A stretch of DNA of 59,754 nt, the filler included. It is 6 parts of 6 records of this genome, joined end to end, with 100 filler letters (N's around TTAATTAATTAA, not from the genome) between each part and the next. Parts side by side here need not be neighbours in the genome. Positions count along the whole stretch, not along the records: positions 28,883 to 37,086 come from SRR22947725_4577; positions 37,187 to 42,723 come from SRR22947725_4585; 4 more parts are not named here. One strand, given 5' to 3'. The notes beneath the pieces were generated by a model that was not told the origin of the DNA, searched no databases, and saw nothing but the letters and a program-made list of their open reading frames with translations. How positions within the stretch are numbered: the first letter of the stretch is position 1; each line of letters begins with the position of its first letter. The translations under genes and the position numbers were made by a program. Shown piece by piece: positions 30,550 through 41,200 of this stretch.

Positions 30550-31218
30550 ATGTCAAAAACTATCATTGTTGCAGTTGATGAAACTCAACTAGAAGATTTT
30601 CAAAGCGTCGTCGACTCTCTTGATAGCAATTTATGCATGATAAAAATAGGAAGCGTTAGCTTTAATGCTCTTGGTCATCAAGTAATCTCATACGCATCGA
30701 GCAAAGGATTTAAAATTTTTTTAGATCTTAAACTGCACGACATTCCAAACACTGTTAAGAAATCTATGGAGGGTTTGGTATCTTTGCCTATAGACATGAT
30801 GACAATTCACACTTCCGGTGGTTTAGAAATGATGAAAGCTGCAATGAAGGCTGTTGAAGGAAGTGATATCAAGGTATTTGGAGTAACTGCTTTAACAAGT
30901 TTGTCAGATGAAGATACATCTTTCATTTTTAAAAGAACCGCTGAAGAGCAAGTTAATGCAATGTTAGATCTGGCTGAACAAGCAGAAATTGATGGTGTTG
31001 TTTGTTCTCCACATGAGCTTTCATTAGTCTCTAAAAGAAAATCTTTACTATCAATTACACCAGGCATAAGACTTAAAGACTCTAATGATGATCAAAGTAG
31101 AGTCATGACACCAAAAGATGCTATTAACCTTGGAGCTAATTTTCTTGTCATAGGTAGGCCTATTACCGAAGCTGAAAATATTAAAGAAGCTCTGTTAGAA
31201 ATTCATAATTCCCTTTAA
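30550..31218 (+). CDS. pyrF: orotidine-5'-phosphate decarboxylase
   Basis: FLDLKLHDIPNT, TPGIR, DQSR, VIGRPI. Confidence 0.95.
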   Translation: MSKTIIVAVDETQLEDFQSVVDSLDSNLCMIKIGSVSFNALGHQVISYASSKGFKIFLDLKLHDIPNTVKKSMEGLVSLPIDMMTIHTSGGLEMMKAAMKAVEGSDIKVFGVTALTSLSDEDTSFIFKRTAEEQVNAMLDLAEQAEIDGVVCSPHELSLVSKRKSLLSITPGIRLKDSNDDQSRVMTPKDAINLGANFLVIGRPITEAENIKEALLEIHNSL

Positions 31219-31228
31219 CTAACCGCGT

Positions 31229-32641
31229 ATGACATTATTTGAAGAAATTAAAAACCTTACTGTTTCTGATAAAGAGGATTGCTATGAATTATTCTTTGCC
31301 AGCAATCCAATGCAATATAAATCTCTTTTAAAAGGTTTTAACAAAGAAATATATAATTTATTTGACTCTCATTTTGATTCATTAAATTTATCAAAACAAA
31401 TTCATCAATTCTTAAATGGAGCCATAGTTAATCCTACTGAAAACCAATCAGCGATTCATCATGCATACAGAGATGCATATTCAGATAGTCCAAATAATTT
31501 ATTATCTAAAGATATTTTAGATTCATGTAATGAATCTATCAATATTTGTATAAAGCTTAAAAACGATCTTCTTGATAGAGGGATTAAGAATATTGTCACC
31601 ATAGGAATAGGCGGCTCATTTGAGGGTCCTAAATTATTAATAGAAACCCTAACAGCAGAGCATGAAAGATCTTTTAATCATATCTTCTTAACAGGCCCCG
31701 ATGTAATTGAGTTTTCTGAAATGATCGAACCTCTCAATCAAGAAGAGACGTTCTTTATCGTTTCTTCTAAATCATTTAGCACAGATGAAACTCTTCAAAG
31801 CATTGAATTATCAAAAGATTGGAGTGGTATGAAGTGCGACTTTGATAAATACTTTATCGCAGTAACTTCACAACCAAAAAAAGCTGAGGCATTTGGTTTT
31901 TCCAATAATAATATTATTCCATTCCCTAATGAAATTGGGGGAAGGTATTCTATGTGGTCGCCTATCTCTTTACCTGCTATTCTTGAGTTAGGCGAGAGAT
32001 TTATTGAATTTTTAAAAGGGGGATCTCTAGCAGATACTCAATTTCTTAATGATGCAAAGTATCAAGAGTTTTTAAAAACTCTATCCTATAGCGATATTTG
32101 GTATAACAATTTTCTTGGTAAAGGCACCAGAGTTTTATTAACCTACAGTTGGAAAATGAGGTTTTTTACAGATTATGCTCAACAACTTGAAATGGAATCG
32201 ATTGGAAAGCAACCCAATAAAGATTCAATCTTTCAAAAGACAGGACAGATAGTTTTTGGTGGCTTTGGTTCTACCGCGCAACACTCTTACTTTCAATTAC
32301 TTCATCAAGGAACTGGATCGGTCTGCGCAGATGTATTTACAATTGCCGAGAATAAAGAAAAGAATAAACTTTTATATGCACAATCCCAAGCCCAATCAAA
32401 TTTACTAGCAAATGGAGCTGATGCAGAATTACAAGAATTTGAAAAAGTTAATGGAAATGTACCTACAAATCTTTTTACTCTAGAATCTCTTAACCCATTT
32501 AACTTTGGTTATCTTATAGCTACCTGGGAGCACAGAACTTTTCTAACATCACAAATGTTACAAATAAATCCATTTGATCAATACGGAGTGAGTGCAGGCA
32601 AGATTTTCACTAAGAAATATCTTGAAGAGCATGGCAGTTGA
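31229..32641 (+). CDS. pgi: glucose-6-phosphate isomerase
   Basis: GIGGS, SKSFST, GGRYS, QQLEMES.GK, QLLHQG, INPFDQ. Confidence 0.9.
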   Translation: MTLFEEIKNLTVSDKEDCYELFFASNPMQYKSLLKGFNKEIYNLFDSHFDSLNLSKQIHQFLNGAIVNPTENQSAIHHAYRDAYSDSPNNLLSKDILDSCNESINICIKLKNDLLDRGIKNIVTIGIGGSFEGPKLLIETLTAEHERSFNHIFLTGPDVIEFSEMIEPLNQEETFFIVSSKSFSTDETLQSIELSKDWSGMKCDFDKYFIAVTSQPKKAEAFGFSNNNIIPFPNEIGGRYSMWSPISLPAILELGERFIEFLKGGSLADTQFLNDAKYQEFLKTLSYSDIWYNNFLGKGTRVLLTYSWKMRFFTDYAQQLEMESIGKQPNKDSIFQKTGQIVFGGFGSTAQHSYFQLLHQGTGSVCADVFTIAENKEKNKLLYAQSQAQSNLLANGADAELQEFEKVNGNVPTNLFTLESLNPFNFGYLIATWEHRTFLTSQMLQINPFDQYGVSAGKIFTKKYLEEHGS

Positions 32642-34412
32642 CGTTTCAAAGGTACCCTCCACCCCAGGGGTGTATAAATTTTTCAGCAATCACGAAATAA
32701 TTTATATAGGTAAAGCAAAAAATCTTAAAAAAAGAGTTTCTAGTTATTTTGGTAAATCTATTAAAGATAGAAAGACCTCTCAGATAAAATTTCTTACAGA
32801 TAACATTGAAACTTTTACTACTAAAAATGAAGTTGAAGCTTTGCTCTTAGAGCAAATGCTAATAAAAGAAAATAAACCTAAATTTAATATTCTTTTAAGA
32901 GATGATAAAACTTATCCATATATTTATTTTTCACTAGACCATGATTTCCCTGGAATATATTCTAAAAGAACCAAACAGGCTGTGAACTCAAATTTTTTTG
33001 GTCCTTTCGTTAGCTCTGGCGCTGTAAAAAAATCTATAAAAGAAATACAGAAAATTTTTAGGTTAAGAAATTGCAATGATTCCACCTTTTCAAATAGATC
33101 TCGCCCATGTATAGAATTTCAAATGAAAAGGTGCTCAGCTCCATGCGTTCAGAAAATATCGAAAGTTGATTATTTTGAGGATGTAGCAAGTGCTAAATCT
33201 TATTTATCCTCATCAGACTCACAAACTATAAATCGATTAAATTCTGAAATAGAAAAAGCTTCACACAATTTAGAATTTGAAAAGGCCGCAGATATAAGAG
33301 ATAGATTAAAAAGATTAGAGCTGCTTCGCGAAGAGCAATCTGTTGTTACCCTTGCTAGGGATGTGGATATATTTTCTGTTTATGCAGAAGATGATTATTT
33401 GGGAATATGTATCATCGTTGTTAGAAGAGGAAAGATTAGAGGAACTAAAACTCATCTTATTAAAAGGGCTTACTACGAATCAATAGATGATGTCTATCAG
33501 TCAGCCATTTTAAATTTTTATGATAATCAGATAGACATACCTAATAAAATTTTATGCACCAGTTCTCTTGATACAAAAGAATTAATTAAAAAAGTAATTA
33601 AGAAAAAATTTAAAATCAAAGTTAATATTACCCACTCACCATCAAGAGCCATAAGATCAATCTATAACCTATGTAAAATTAATGCAAAACAAGTAATACA
33701 GAATCATTTAAGCAAAGAAGATAGATATAATTTTGCATTTAAAGAATTGCAAAGTGCAATGGGTCTCAAGATACCTATTAAGAGGATTGAGGCCTATGAT
33801 GTTAGTCATATTTCAGGAGATCATGCAGTTGCATCTTGTATTGTTTTTTCAGACTCTGGACCAAGTAATCAAGATTATCGATTATTTAATATTCCAAAAG
33901 AGTTATCTGGTAATGATGTCGGTTCTCTTAAGCATGTCATGGAAAGAAGGCTTAAATATTACAAAGACAAAGAAACGAAACCAGGCATGATTCTTATTGA
34001 TGGAGGCAGAGCTCAATTGAAATTTGCTGCATCTGTTATCAAAGCATCTAAGCATAAAGATATAAAAGTAATTTCAATTGTAAAGGGGTCGGATAGGGTT
34101 CGTGCTACTGAAACCATCTTGTCTGAAGAGGGCATTATAGAATTTGATAAATACTCAAAAGCATTCCTTTTGCTTCAAGAAGCCAGAGATGAGTCCCACA
34201 GATTTGCAATAATGGCTCAAAGAAAGAAAAAAAGAGGAGGTATTAATAAATCTAAACTTGATGATATTGATGGAATAGGAGCAGTTCTAAAAAGGAGATT
34301 GCTCTCTAAATATAAAAATATTAAGAGCATTAAGCTAGCTAACATTGATGATTTAATGACTGTTAAGGGTATTAATGCCAAAATAGCTAATTCAATTATA
34401 GAAAAACTTTAA
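32631..34412 (+). CDS. uvrC: excinuclease ABC subunit C
   Basis: PGVY..YIGKAKNL GIY-YIG, IDGG, RDESHRFA, HhH. Confidence 0.95.
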   Translation: MAVDVSKVPSTPGVYKFFSNHEIIYIGKAKNLKKRVSSYFGKSIKDRKTSQIKFLTDNIETFTTKNEVEALLLEQMLIKENKPKFNILLRDDKTYPYIYFSLDHDFPGIYSKRTKQAVNSNFFGPFVSSGAVKKSIKEIQKIFRLRNCNDSTFSNRSRPCIEFQMKRCSAPCVQKISKVDYFEDVASAKSYLSSSDSQTINRLNSEIEKASHNLEFEKAADIRDRLKRLELLREEQSVVTLARDVDIFSVYAEDDYLGICIIVVRRGKIRGTKTHLIKRAYYESIDDVYQSAILNFYDNQIDIPNKILCTSSLDTKELIKKVIKKKFKIKVNITHSPSRAIRSIYNLCKINAKQVIQNHLSKEDRYNFAFKELQSAMGLKIPIKRIEAYDVSHISGDHAVASCIVFSDSGPSNQDYRLFNIPKELSGNDVGSLKHVMERRLKYYKDKETKPGMILIDGGRAQLKFAASVIKASKHKDIKVISIVKGSDRVRATETILSEEGIIEFDKYSKAFLLLQEARDESHRFAIMAQRKKKRGGINKSKLDDIDGIGAVLKRRLLSKYKNIKSIKLANIDDLMTVKGINAKIANSIIEKL

Positions 34413-34414
34413 TC

Positions 34415-34963
34415 ATGAGAACTTTTATTAACATATTAACTTTATCAAGAATTTTTCTTGCAGCAGTGATATTTCTACTCTTAATATCTCCAGATGGGTA
34501 CCTATTGGCACTCATATTATTTTTTTTAGCAGGAATAACAGATTACTTTGATGGTTATTTAGCTAGAAAATATAATGCAGTATCTCAACTTGGAGAAATA
34601 CTGGATCCGATTGCAGACAAAATTCTTGTTCTTTTTGTTTTATTTGGACTTGCAATAAATCTTTCAAGCTATTTAATTGGTTTTATTGGAGCAATAATTA
34701 TTACAAGAGAGATTTGGGTAGGAGCTCTTAGAGATTTAAATGCAAGAAATGGAATAACTGATGCTACTAAAGTTACTTTTCTTGCCAAAATTAAAACAAC
34801 AGTTCAATTATTTACTCTATCAATATATTTATTTGGCCTAGCAATAAATAATATGTTGATAATCGTGATTGCAGACATTCTATTATTCATATCTCTTATT
34901 ATCACTTTGTATACAGGCTTAATTTATACTTTGAATACTCTTAAAACCGATGAAAAACTTTAA
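34415..34963 (+). CDS. pgsA: CDP-diacylglycerol--glycerol-3-phosphate phosphatidyltransferase
   Basis: TDYFDGYLAR..GEILDPIADK; follows uvrC. Confidence 0.9.
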   Translation: MRTFINILTLSRIFLAAVIFLLLISPDGYLLALILFFLAGITDYFDGYLARKYNAVSQLGEILDPIADKILVLFVLFGLAINLSSYLIGFIGAIIITREIWVGALRDLNARNGITDATKVTFLAKIKTTVQLFTLSIYLFGLAINNMLIIVIADILLFISLIITLYTGLIYTLNTLKTDEKL

Positions 34964-36203
34964 TAAAAAGGACTATAAGATTTGTATAGTTGGTTTGGGG
35001 TATGTCGGGCTACCTTTAGCCGCAAGGTTTGCACTAAAGGGATTCAATGTAACCGGTTTTGATACAAAAGAAGAAAGAGTTAATCAATTAATCAATAAGA
35101 TTGATATAAATGACGACATAAGTTATGAGAATTTAGAAATTTTAAGCAAAAATGCAAAACTAACCACTCATGTCAATGATATTAAAGAAAGCAATGTATT
35201 TATAGTTACCGTCCCAACCCCAATAAATGAAGATAAAACCCCAAATCTAGGACCATTAATATCTGCGAGCGAATTAGTTGGCAGCGTAATTAAAAAAAAT
35301 TCAATAGTTATATATGAATCAACTGTTTATCCTGGAGTAACAGATGACATATGCACGCCAATCTTAGAAGAAAAATCTAAATTAATTTTTAATGAAGAAT
35401 TCTCAACTGGATATAGTCCGGAGAGAATTGTTCCTGGAGATACAGTTAATACTATTGAAAAAATAAAAAAGATTGTTTCTGCTTCAAATGAAATCAGTTT
35501 AAATATTATATCTTTCTTGTACTCCTCTATAATTGATGCAGGCATACATCAAGCTTCATCAATAAAAGTAGCTGAGGCAGCAAAAGTTACTGAAAACATT
35601 CAGCGAGATGTAAATATCGCTTTAATGAATGAAATGCATCAGCTATATACTTCATTAGATATCTCTACATTAGATGTCATTGAGGCTGCTTCTACAAAAT
35701 GGAATTTCATGAAACTTACTCCTGGTTTGGTAGGAGGCCACTGCATTAGCATTGATCCATACTATCTGATGCATAAATCTGAAGTATCTGGATATGTCCC
35801 AAATATTATGAGGTCTGCAAGAAAGATAAATGATGAAATGGGAAATTGGGTATTAGAAAATTTTATAAAATATACAAAGGAAAATTCTATTAATTTGAAG
35901 ACAACCGAAATAACAATTATGGGATATACATTTAAAGAAAACTGCAGTGACATTAGAAATACAAAAGTCCATGATCTAGCTATATCTTTGAGAGATTCTG
36001 GATTTGGAATAAAGATATGGGATCCATATTTAGATAACAAAACTATTAACAATTTAAAACATCAAAATATTAAATCTTCAAATAATCTATCTAATAATGT
36101 TGAGCTTGCATTTGTATGTGTGTATCACAAAGAAGTATTAGATTTTTTAGATTTATATAATGGTTTTGTTTACGATTTTAGGAAACTAAATAAAATTTCA
36201 TGA
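34950..36203 (+). CDS. nucleotide-sugar dehydrogenase (TviB/WbpO-like UDP-HexNAc dehydrogenase)
   Basis: GLGYVGLP, ESTVYPG, SPER, GLVGGHC. Confidence 0.85.
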   Translation: MKNFNKKDYKICIVGLGYVGLPLAARFALKGFNVTGFDTKEERVNQLINKIDINDDISYENLEILSKNAKLTTHVNDIKESNVFIVTVPTPINEDKTPNLGPLISASELVGSVIKKNSIVIYESTVYPGVTDDICTPILEEKSKLIFNEEFSTGYSPERIVPGDTVNTIEKIKKIVSASNEISLNIISFLYSSIIDAGIHQASSIKVAEAAKVTENIQRDVNIALMNEMHQLYTSLDISTLDVIEAASTKWNFMKLTPGLVGGHCISIDPYYLMHKSEVSGYVPNIMRSARKINDEMGNWVLENFIKYTKENSINLKTTEITIMGYTFKENCSDIRNTKVHDLAISLRDSGFGIKIWDPYLDNKTINNLKHQNIKSSNNLSNNVELAFVCVYHKEVLDFLDLYNGFVYDFRKLNKIS

Positions 36204-36976
36204 AAATAATTGTTGTAAGCGGAGGTTTTGATCCAATACATTCTGGACATATAGAATACTTAAAAAGTGCAAAAGGTTATGGTAATAAATTAATAGTGGC
36301 ACTTAATAGTGATAGCTGGCTTGAGAAAAAGAAAGGTAAGCCTTTCATGACATTTAACGAAAGAAAGTTGATATTGGATGCTATCCAATACGTTAATGAA
36401 GTTATTGACTTTGAAGATGATGAAAAAGGGTCTTGTATCAATGCGCTTCAGAAAATAAAAAAAATATATCCAGATGATAAGATCTTTTTTGCTAATGGCG
36501 GGGACAGAAATCATGAAAATATTCCTGAAATGTCTGTCGATGGGGTAGAGTTTTTATTTGGTATTGGTGGTAATGATAAAAAGAATTCATCTTCATGGAT
36601 TTTAAAAACATGGCAATATTACAAAGAAGAAAGGGTTTGGGGTAAGTTCTATAATCTTTTTGAAGGTGATGATGTAAAAGTTAAAGAATTGATCGTTTCT
36701 CCTAAAGAAGGAATGAGCTTTCAAAGACATTTTAAAAGAAATGAAATATGGTTGGTTAGTAAAGGCTCTTGTGAAATAAATTATAGCAAAGATGATCCAA
36801 ATAACAGAAAGTCTATTACTTTAAAAAAATTTGATTACTACCATGTTCCTCTAAAAGAATGGCATCAAATTACAAATCCCTTGAATGAGCCATGCCATAT
36901 AATTGAAATTCAATATGGTGAAGTTTTGGATGAAGAAGATATCGAGAGGCTTGATTATTATAAAACCTCTAGTTAA
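36200..36976 (+). CDS. HXGH nucleotidyltransferase fused to MPI-type cupin
   Basis: SGGFDPIHSGH, FANGGDR, NSSS; then WG..KVK..SFQRH..R.E.W..HQ..IEIQYG..EEDIER. Confidence 0.8.
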   Translation: MKIIVVSGGFDPIHSGHIEYLKSAKGYGNKLIVALNSDSWLEKKKGKPFMTFNERKLILDAIQYVNEVIDFEDDEKGSCINALQKIKKIYPDDKIFFANGGDRNHENIPEMSVDGVEFLFGIGGNDKKNSSSWILKTWQYYKEERVWGKFYNLFEGDDVKVKELIVSPKEGMSFQRHFKRNEIWLVSKGSCEINYSKDDPNNRKSITLKKFDYYHVPLKEWHQITNPLNEPCHIIEIQYGEVLDEEDIERLDYYKTSS

Positions 36977-37061
36977 TGAATAGAACTATCAATATCAAAT
37001 TTCCAATAAATTTAGTCTAAGCATTTCCTTTCTTAAAATCATGTATACAATACACAAAGTT

Positions 37062-37086
37062 GGCTGGATGGCAGAGTGGTTATGCA
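37062..37086 (+). tRNA. tRNA-Cys 5' fragment (identity inferred from D-arm)
   Basis: GGCTGGA-TG-GCAGAGTGGTTATGC-A; cut by gap; TACAAT -10-like at 37046-37051. Confidence 0.7.
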
Positions 37087-37186
37087 NNNNNNNNNNNNNN
37101 NNNNNNNNNNNNNNNNNNNNNNNNNNNNNNTTAATTAATTAANNNNNNNNNNNNNNNNNNNNNNNNNNNNNNNNNNNNNNNNNNNN
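37087..37186. other. artificial contig spacer
   Basis: 44 N + TTAATTAATTAA + 44 N. Confidence 0.98.
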
Positions 37187-37255
37187 TAATTTCCTACGTA
37201 GGTGGTGTTCAAATTGTAATTTTGCAATTTGTCGCCGAATGGCCGAAAGGCTTAA
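37187..37255 (+). promoter_or_regulatory. L10 leader RNA (3' part)
   Basis: TAATTTCCTACGTAGGTGGTG resembles the rplJ leader core; hairpin CAAATTGTA/TGCAATTTG and GCC-GAAA-GGC tetraloop upstream of rplJ. Confidence 0.65.
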
Positions 37256-37269
37256 ACAGGAGAATTGCT

Positions 37270-37800
37270 GTGGCGTTATCGAAAAGTGAAAAAGAAAGAA
37301 TTGTAGGTGAAGTTAAAGAAGTTGCATCTAATGCATCATCTTTAGTTATTTCAGATGCTAGAGGTTTAAAAGTTAGCGAACTATCTGAAGTAAGACAAAA
37401 AGCTACTCAGTCAGGTATACATATCCAAATAATCAAGAACTCTCTTGCTAAGTTAGCATTTGAAGGAACTGATTTTGGTTGTTCAGACGAAGTACTTGTA
37501 GGGCCTTCATTATTTGCTTTCTCATTTGAAGAGCCAGGTGCAGCCGCAAAATTGCTCAAAACATATGCTAAAAACTTTGATAATTTAGAAATCAAAGCTT
37601 TGGTTGTTGAGGGGCAATTGCTTGATGGAGGACAGATAGATATTCTAGCTACTCTTCCTTCTAAAGATGAAGCTTATGGCCTCATTGCAAATGTGTTGCA
37701 AGCTCCAGTAAGTAAATTCGCTACTTTATTAAATGAAGTTCCGAGTAAGCTTGCAAGGGTTTTATCAGCAGTTCAAGACAAAAAAAAGGCTTCAGCCTAA
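37270..37800 (+). CDS. rplJ: 50S ribosomal protein L10
   Basis: RGL, KNSLA, LATLPS; GTG start after CAGGAG. Confidence 0.95.
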   Translation: MALSKSEKERIVGEVKEVASNASSLVISDARGLKVSELSEVRQKATQSGIHIQIIKNSLAKLAFEGTDFGCSDEVLVGPSLFAFSFEEPGAAAKLLKTYAKNFDNLEIKALVVEGQLLDGGQIDILATLPSKDEAYGLIANVLQAPVSKFATLLNEVPSKLARVLSAVQDKKKASA

Positions 37801-37818
37801 ATTATAAGGAGAATTAGA

Positions 37819-38199
37819 ATGGCAACTAGTAAAGAGGATATTTTAAAAGCTATTGAAGAGATGTCAGTTATGGATCTTGTAGATCTTATTTCTGATATTG
37901 AAGAAAAGTTTGGTGTAACAGCAGCAGCAGCAGTTGCAGCAGCACCAGCAGCAGGTGGTGGTGGGGATGCTCCTGCAGAAGAAGAAAAAGATGCATTTGA
38001 TGTTGTATTAAGTGCAGCTGGCGATCAAAAAGTTCAAGTCATTAAAGCTGTTAGAGCTATTACTGGTCTTGGATTAAAAGAAGCTAAAGATATGGTTGAT
38101 GGTGCACCAAGTACTGTAAAAGAAGGTGCAAGTAAAGATGATGCAGAGGCTATGGTTGCTCAATTAACCGAAGCGGGCGCAACAGCTGAACTTAAGTAA
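37819..38199 (+). CDS. rplL: 50S ribosomal protein L7/L12
   Basis: [18 protein letters not shown]. Confidence 0.97.
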   Translation: MATSKEDILKAIEEMSVMDLVDLISDIEEKFGVTAAAAVAAAPAAGGGGDAPAEEEKDAFDVVLSAAGDQKVQVIKAVRAITGLGLKEAKDMVDGAPSTVKEGASKDDAEAMVAQLTEAGATAELK

Positions 38200-38239
38200 A
38201 ACTATTAAACATATAAAAATTAATTAAAAGGGCGCATTT

Positions 38240-41200
38240 ATGTCATACAGCTATACAGAGAAGAAAAGAATAAGAAAAAACTTTGGTACCTTCAAAAAGG
38301 TTATGGATCTTCCAAACCTAATTGAAACCCAGACCAAGTCTTATTCTGAATTTTTACAAGCTGATGTGGCTCCTGAAGCAAGAAAGAAGCAAGGGCTTGA
38401 AGAAGTATTTCAGTCATTGTTTCCTATTAAAAGTGTTTCAGGAAATGCTGCTCTTGAATATGTTTCATACGAACTTGGTAAAAACACTTATGATGTTCAA
38501 GAGTGTTTAATACAAGGTCTTTCTTATTCAGCACCATTAAGAATTAAAGTAAAACTTGTTCTCTACGATAGAGAATCAAATTTTAAAGAAGTAAAAGATA
38601 TTAAAGAGGGTGAAGTCTTTATGGGCGAAGTACCTCTAATGACTTCTGATGCGTCATTTGTTGTTAATGGAACAGAAAGAGTTGTTGTATCCCAACTTCA
38701 CAGATCACCTGGTGTTTTTTATGATCATGATAAAGGGAAAACTCACTCATCAGGAAAAGTTTTATATTCAGCAAGAATAATTCCTTACAGAGGCTCATGG
38801 CTTGATTTTGAATTTGATCCTAAGGATATTCTATTCAGTAGAATAGATAGAAGAAGAAAAATTCCTGCAACAATTATGTTAAGAGCTCTTGATATGAGCA
38901 CAGAAGAAATCCTATCAGAATTCTATGATGATGATTTATTTACCATAGAAAAAGATGCTGTAAAACTTGCTTTAATCCCAGAAAGACTCAGAGGTGAAAC
39001 TCTTCCAGTAGATCTTAAGGTCAAAAGCAAAGTTTATGTTGAGGCTGGTAAAAGGATTACTGCAAGACATATAAAAGAATTATCTAGCGCTAAAGTAAAT
39101 GAAATCACCTTAGCTGAAGAATTTTTAATTGGAAAAGTCCTATCAAAAGATATTTTTAATAAAGAAACTGGAGAGGTGCTTTTTGTAGCAAATACCGAAA
39201 TCGATGAAGTTGTACTAGAGGCTCTTAAAGAAAATAAAGTTAATGAAATCTCTTGCCTATTCATAAATGAGTTAGACAAAGGCCCTTACATATCAAATAC
39301 ATTAAGAGCAGACCCAACTTCAAACAGACTTGAGGCATTGGTAGAAATCTACAGAATGATGAGACCTGGTGAACCACCAACCAAAGATTCAGCAGATACA
39401 TTATTTAATAATCTTTTCTTTAATGAAGAAAGATACGACCTATCTGAAGTTGGTAGGATGAAATTTAATAGAAGGCTAAAACTAGATTCTGAAAAAGAAA
39501 ATCCACATATTCTTGATAAAGAAGACATTATCGAAGTTATGAAAGGAATTGTGAATATAAGAGATGGCCACGATATTGTTGATGATATTGATCACTTAGG
39601 AAACAGAAGGGTTAGATCTGTTGGTGAGATGACAGCAAACCAATTTAGGGTTGGTTTAATTAGAGTTGAAAGAGCAGTAAGAGAAAGACTAAGCATGGCT
39701 GAAGCTGATGAGCTTGGACCGCAAGATCTTATTAATGCAAAACCAGTTACAGCTGCCATAAAAGAATTTTTTGGATCTAGTCAGTTATCACAGTTTATGG
39801 ATCAAAATAATCCACTTTCTGAGATTACACATAAAAGAAGAGTTTCTGCATTAGGGCCTGGAGGTCTTACAAGAGAAAGAGCCGGGTTTGAGGTTAGAGA
39901 CGTTCATCCAACTCATTACGGTAGAGTTTGTCCAATTGAAACTCCTGAGGGACCAAACATTGGACTTATAAACTCATTCGCTTCTTATTCCAGAACAAAT
40001 CAATATGGATTTATAGAAACTCCATATAGAAAAGTTGTAAATGGAAAAGTTACTGATGAAATAATGTATTTGTCAGCTATTGATGAAGCAGAGCACGTAA
40101 TTGCTCAGGCTAATGTTGCTCTAGATAAGAATAATAAGTTTGTAGATGATCTTGTCGCAGTCAGGCATGCAAATGAATTTGAGCTTATGTCACCTGATAG
40201 GGTTGATTTAATGGATGTATCACCTCAACAGGTTGTATCAATAGCAGCATCCTTAATACCTTTCTTAGAGCATGATGATGCAAACAGAGCTCTCATGGGA
40301 TCTAATATGCAAAGACAAGCTGTTCCTGTCCTAAGAGCAGAGAAGCCACTTGTTGGAACTGGTTTAGAGTCTGTTGTTGCTAGAGATTCAGGAGTATGTA
40401 TAGTTGCTAAGAATTCAGGGGTTGTTGAAAGTGTGGATGCTTCAAGAATAGTTGTTAGAGTTACTGACAAGAAATCAAAATCAGCATCGGATGTATACAA
40501 TCTTGTGAAGTACACAAGGTCAAATCAAAACACTTGTATCAATCAGAGACCTATTGTTCAAATTGGAGATACTGTCAAAGCAGGTGATGTTTTAGCTGAT
40601 GGACCATCAGTTGATAATGGTGAGTTGGCACTTGGTCAAAATATTCGTATCGCATTTATGCCTTGGAATGGGTATAACTTTGAGGATTCAATTCTAATAT
40701 CAGAAAAAGTTGCTAGAGAAGATAGGTTTACATCTATTCACATTCAAGAAATTGTTTGTGTTGCAAGAGATACTAAATTAGGGTCTGAAGAAATAACTGC
40801 TGATATACCAAATGTGGGTGAGGGATCACTAAATAAATTAGATGAATGTGGAATTGTTTATGTTGGTGCAGAGGTTGTTCCTGGAGATATATTGGTTGGT
40901 AAGATTACTCCTAAGGGAGAAACACAACTCTCACCAGAAGAGAAACTTCTTAGAGCAATTTTTGGTGAAAAAGCCTCTGATGTAAAAGATACTTCACAAA
41001 GATCAAGCTCTAAAGGAACCGTAATCGGAGTTGAAGTGTTTACTAGAGATGGGGTTGAGAAGGATGAAAGAACTCAAGCAATTGAGCAAGATCATTTAGA
41101 TCAATCAAAGAAAGATGCTGATGATGAAGCATCAGTTGTAGAACAAGCTACAAAAACTAGATTATGTGAATTACTAAAAGGTAAAAAAGCAATCAAGGGT

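Noticed and set aside
32585..32602. Pgi C-terminal motif GVSAGK instead of GVELGK
   Set aside because: Catalytic Lys, Glu (QLEMES) and His (LHQG) are retained; likely ordinary divergence
36976..37020. 14-codon ORF (MNRTINIKFPINLV) coupled by TAATG to the cupin fusion stop
   Set aside because: Too short to support; could be chance or a gene remnant
37921..37952. GCA trinucleotide-rich run
   Set aside because: Encodes the normal Ala-rich hinge of L7/L12
39770..39870. RpoB rifampicin-resistance-determining region
   Set aside because: Reads [26 protein letters not shown] with the usual susceptible D, H and S residues
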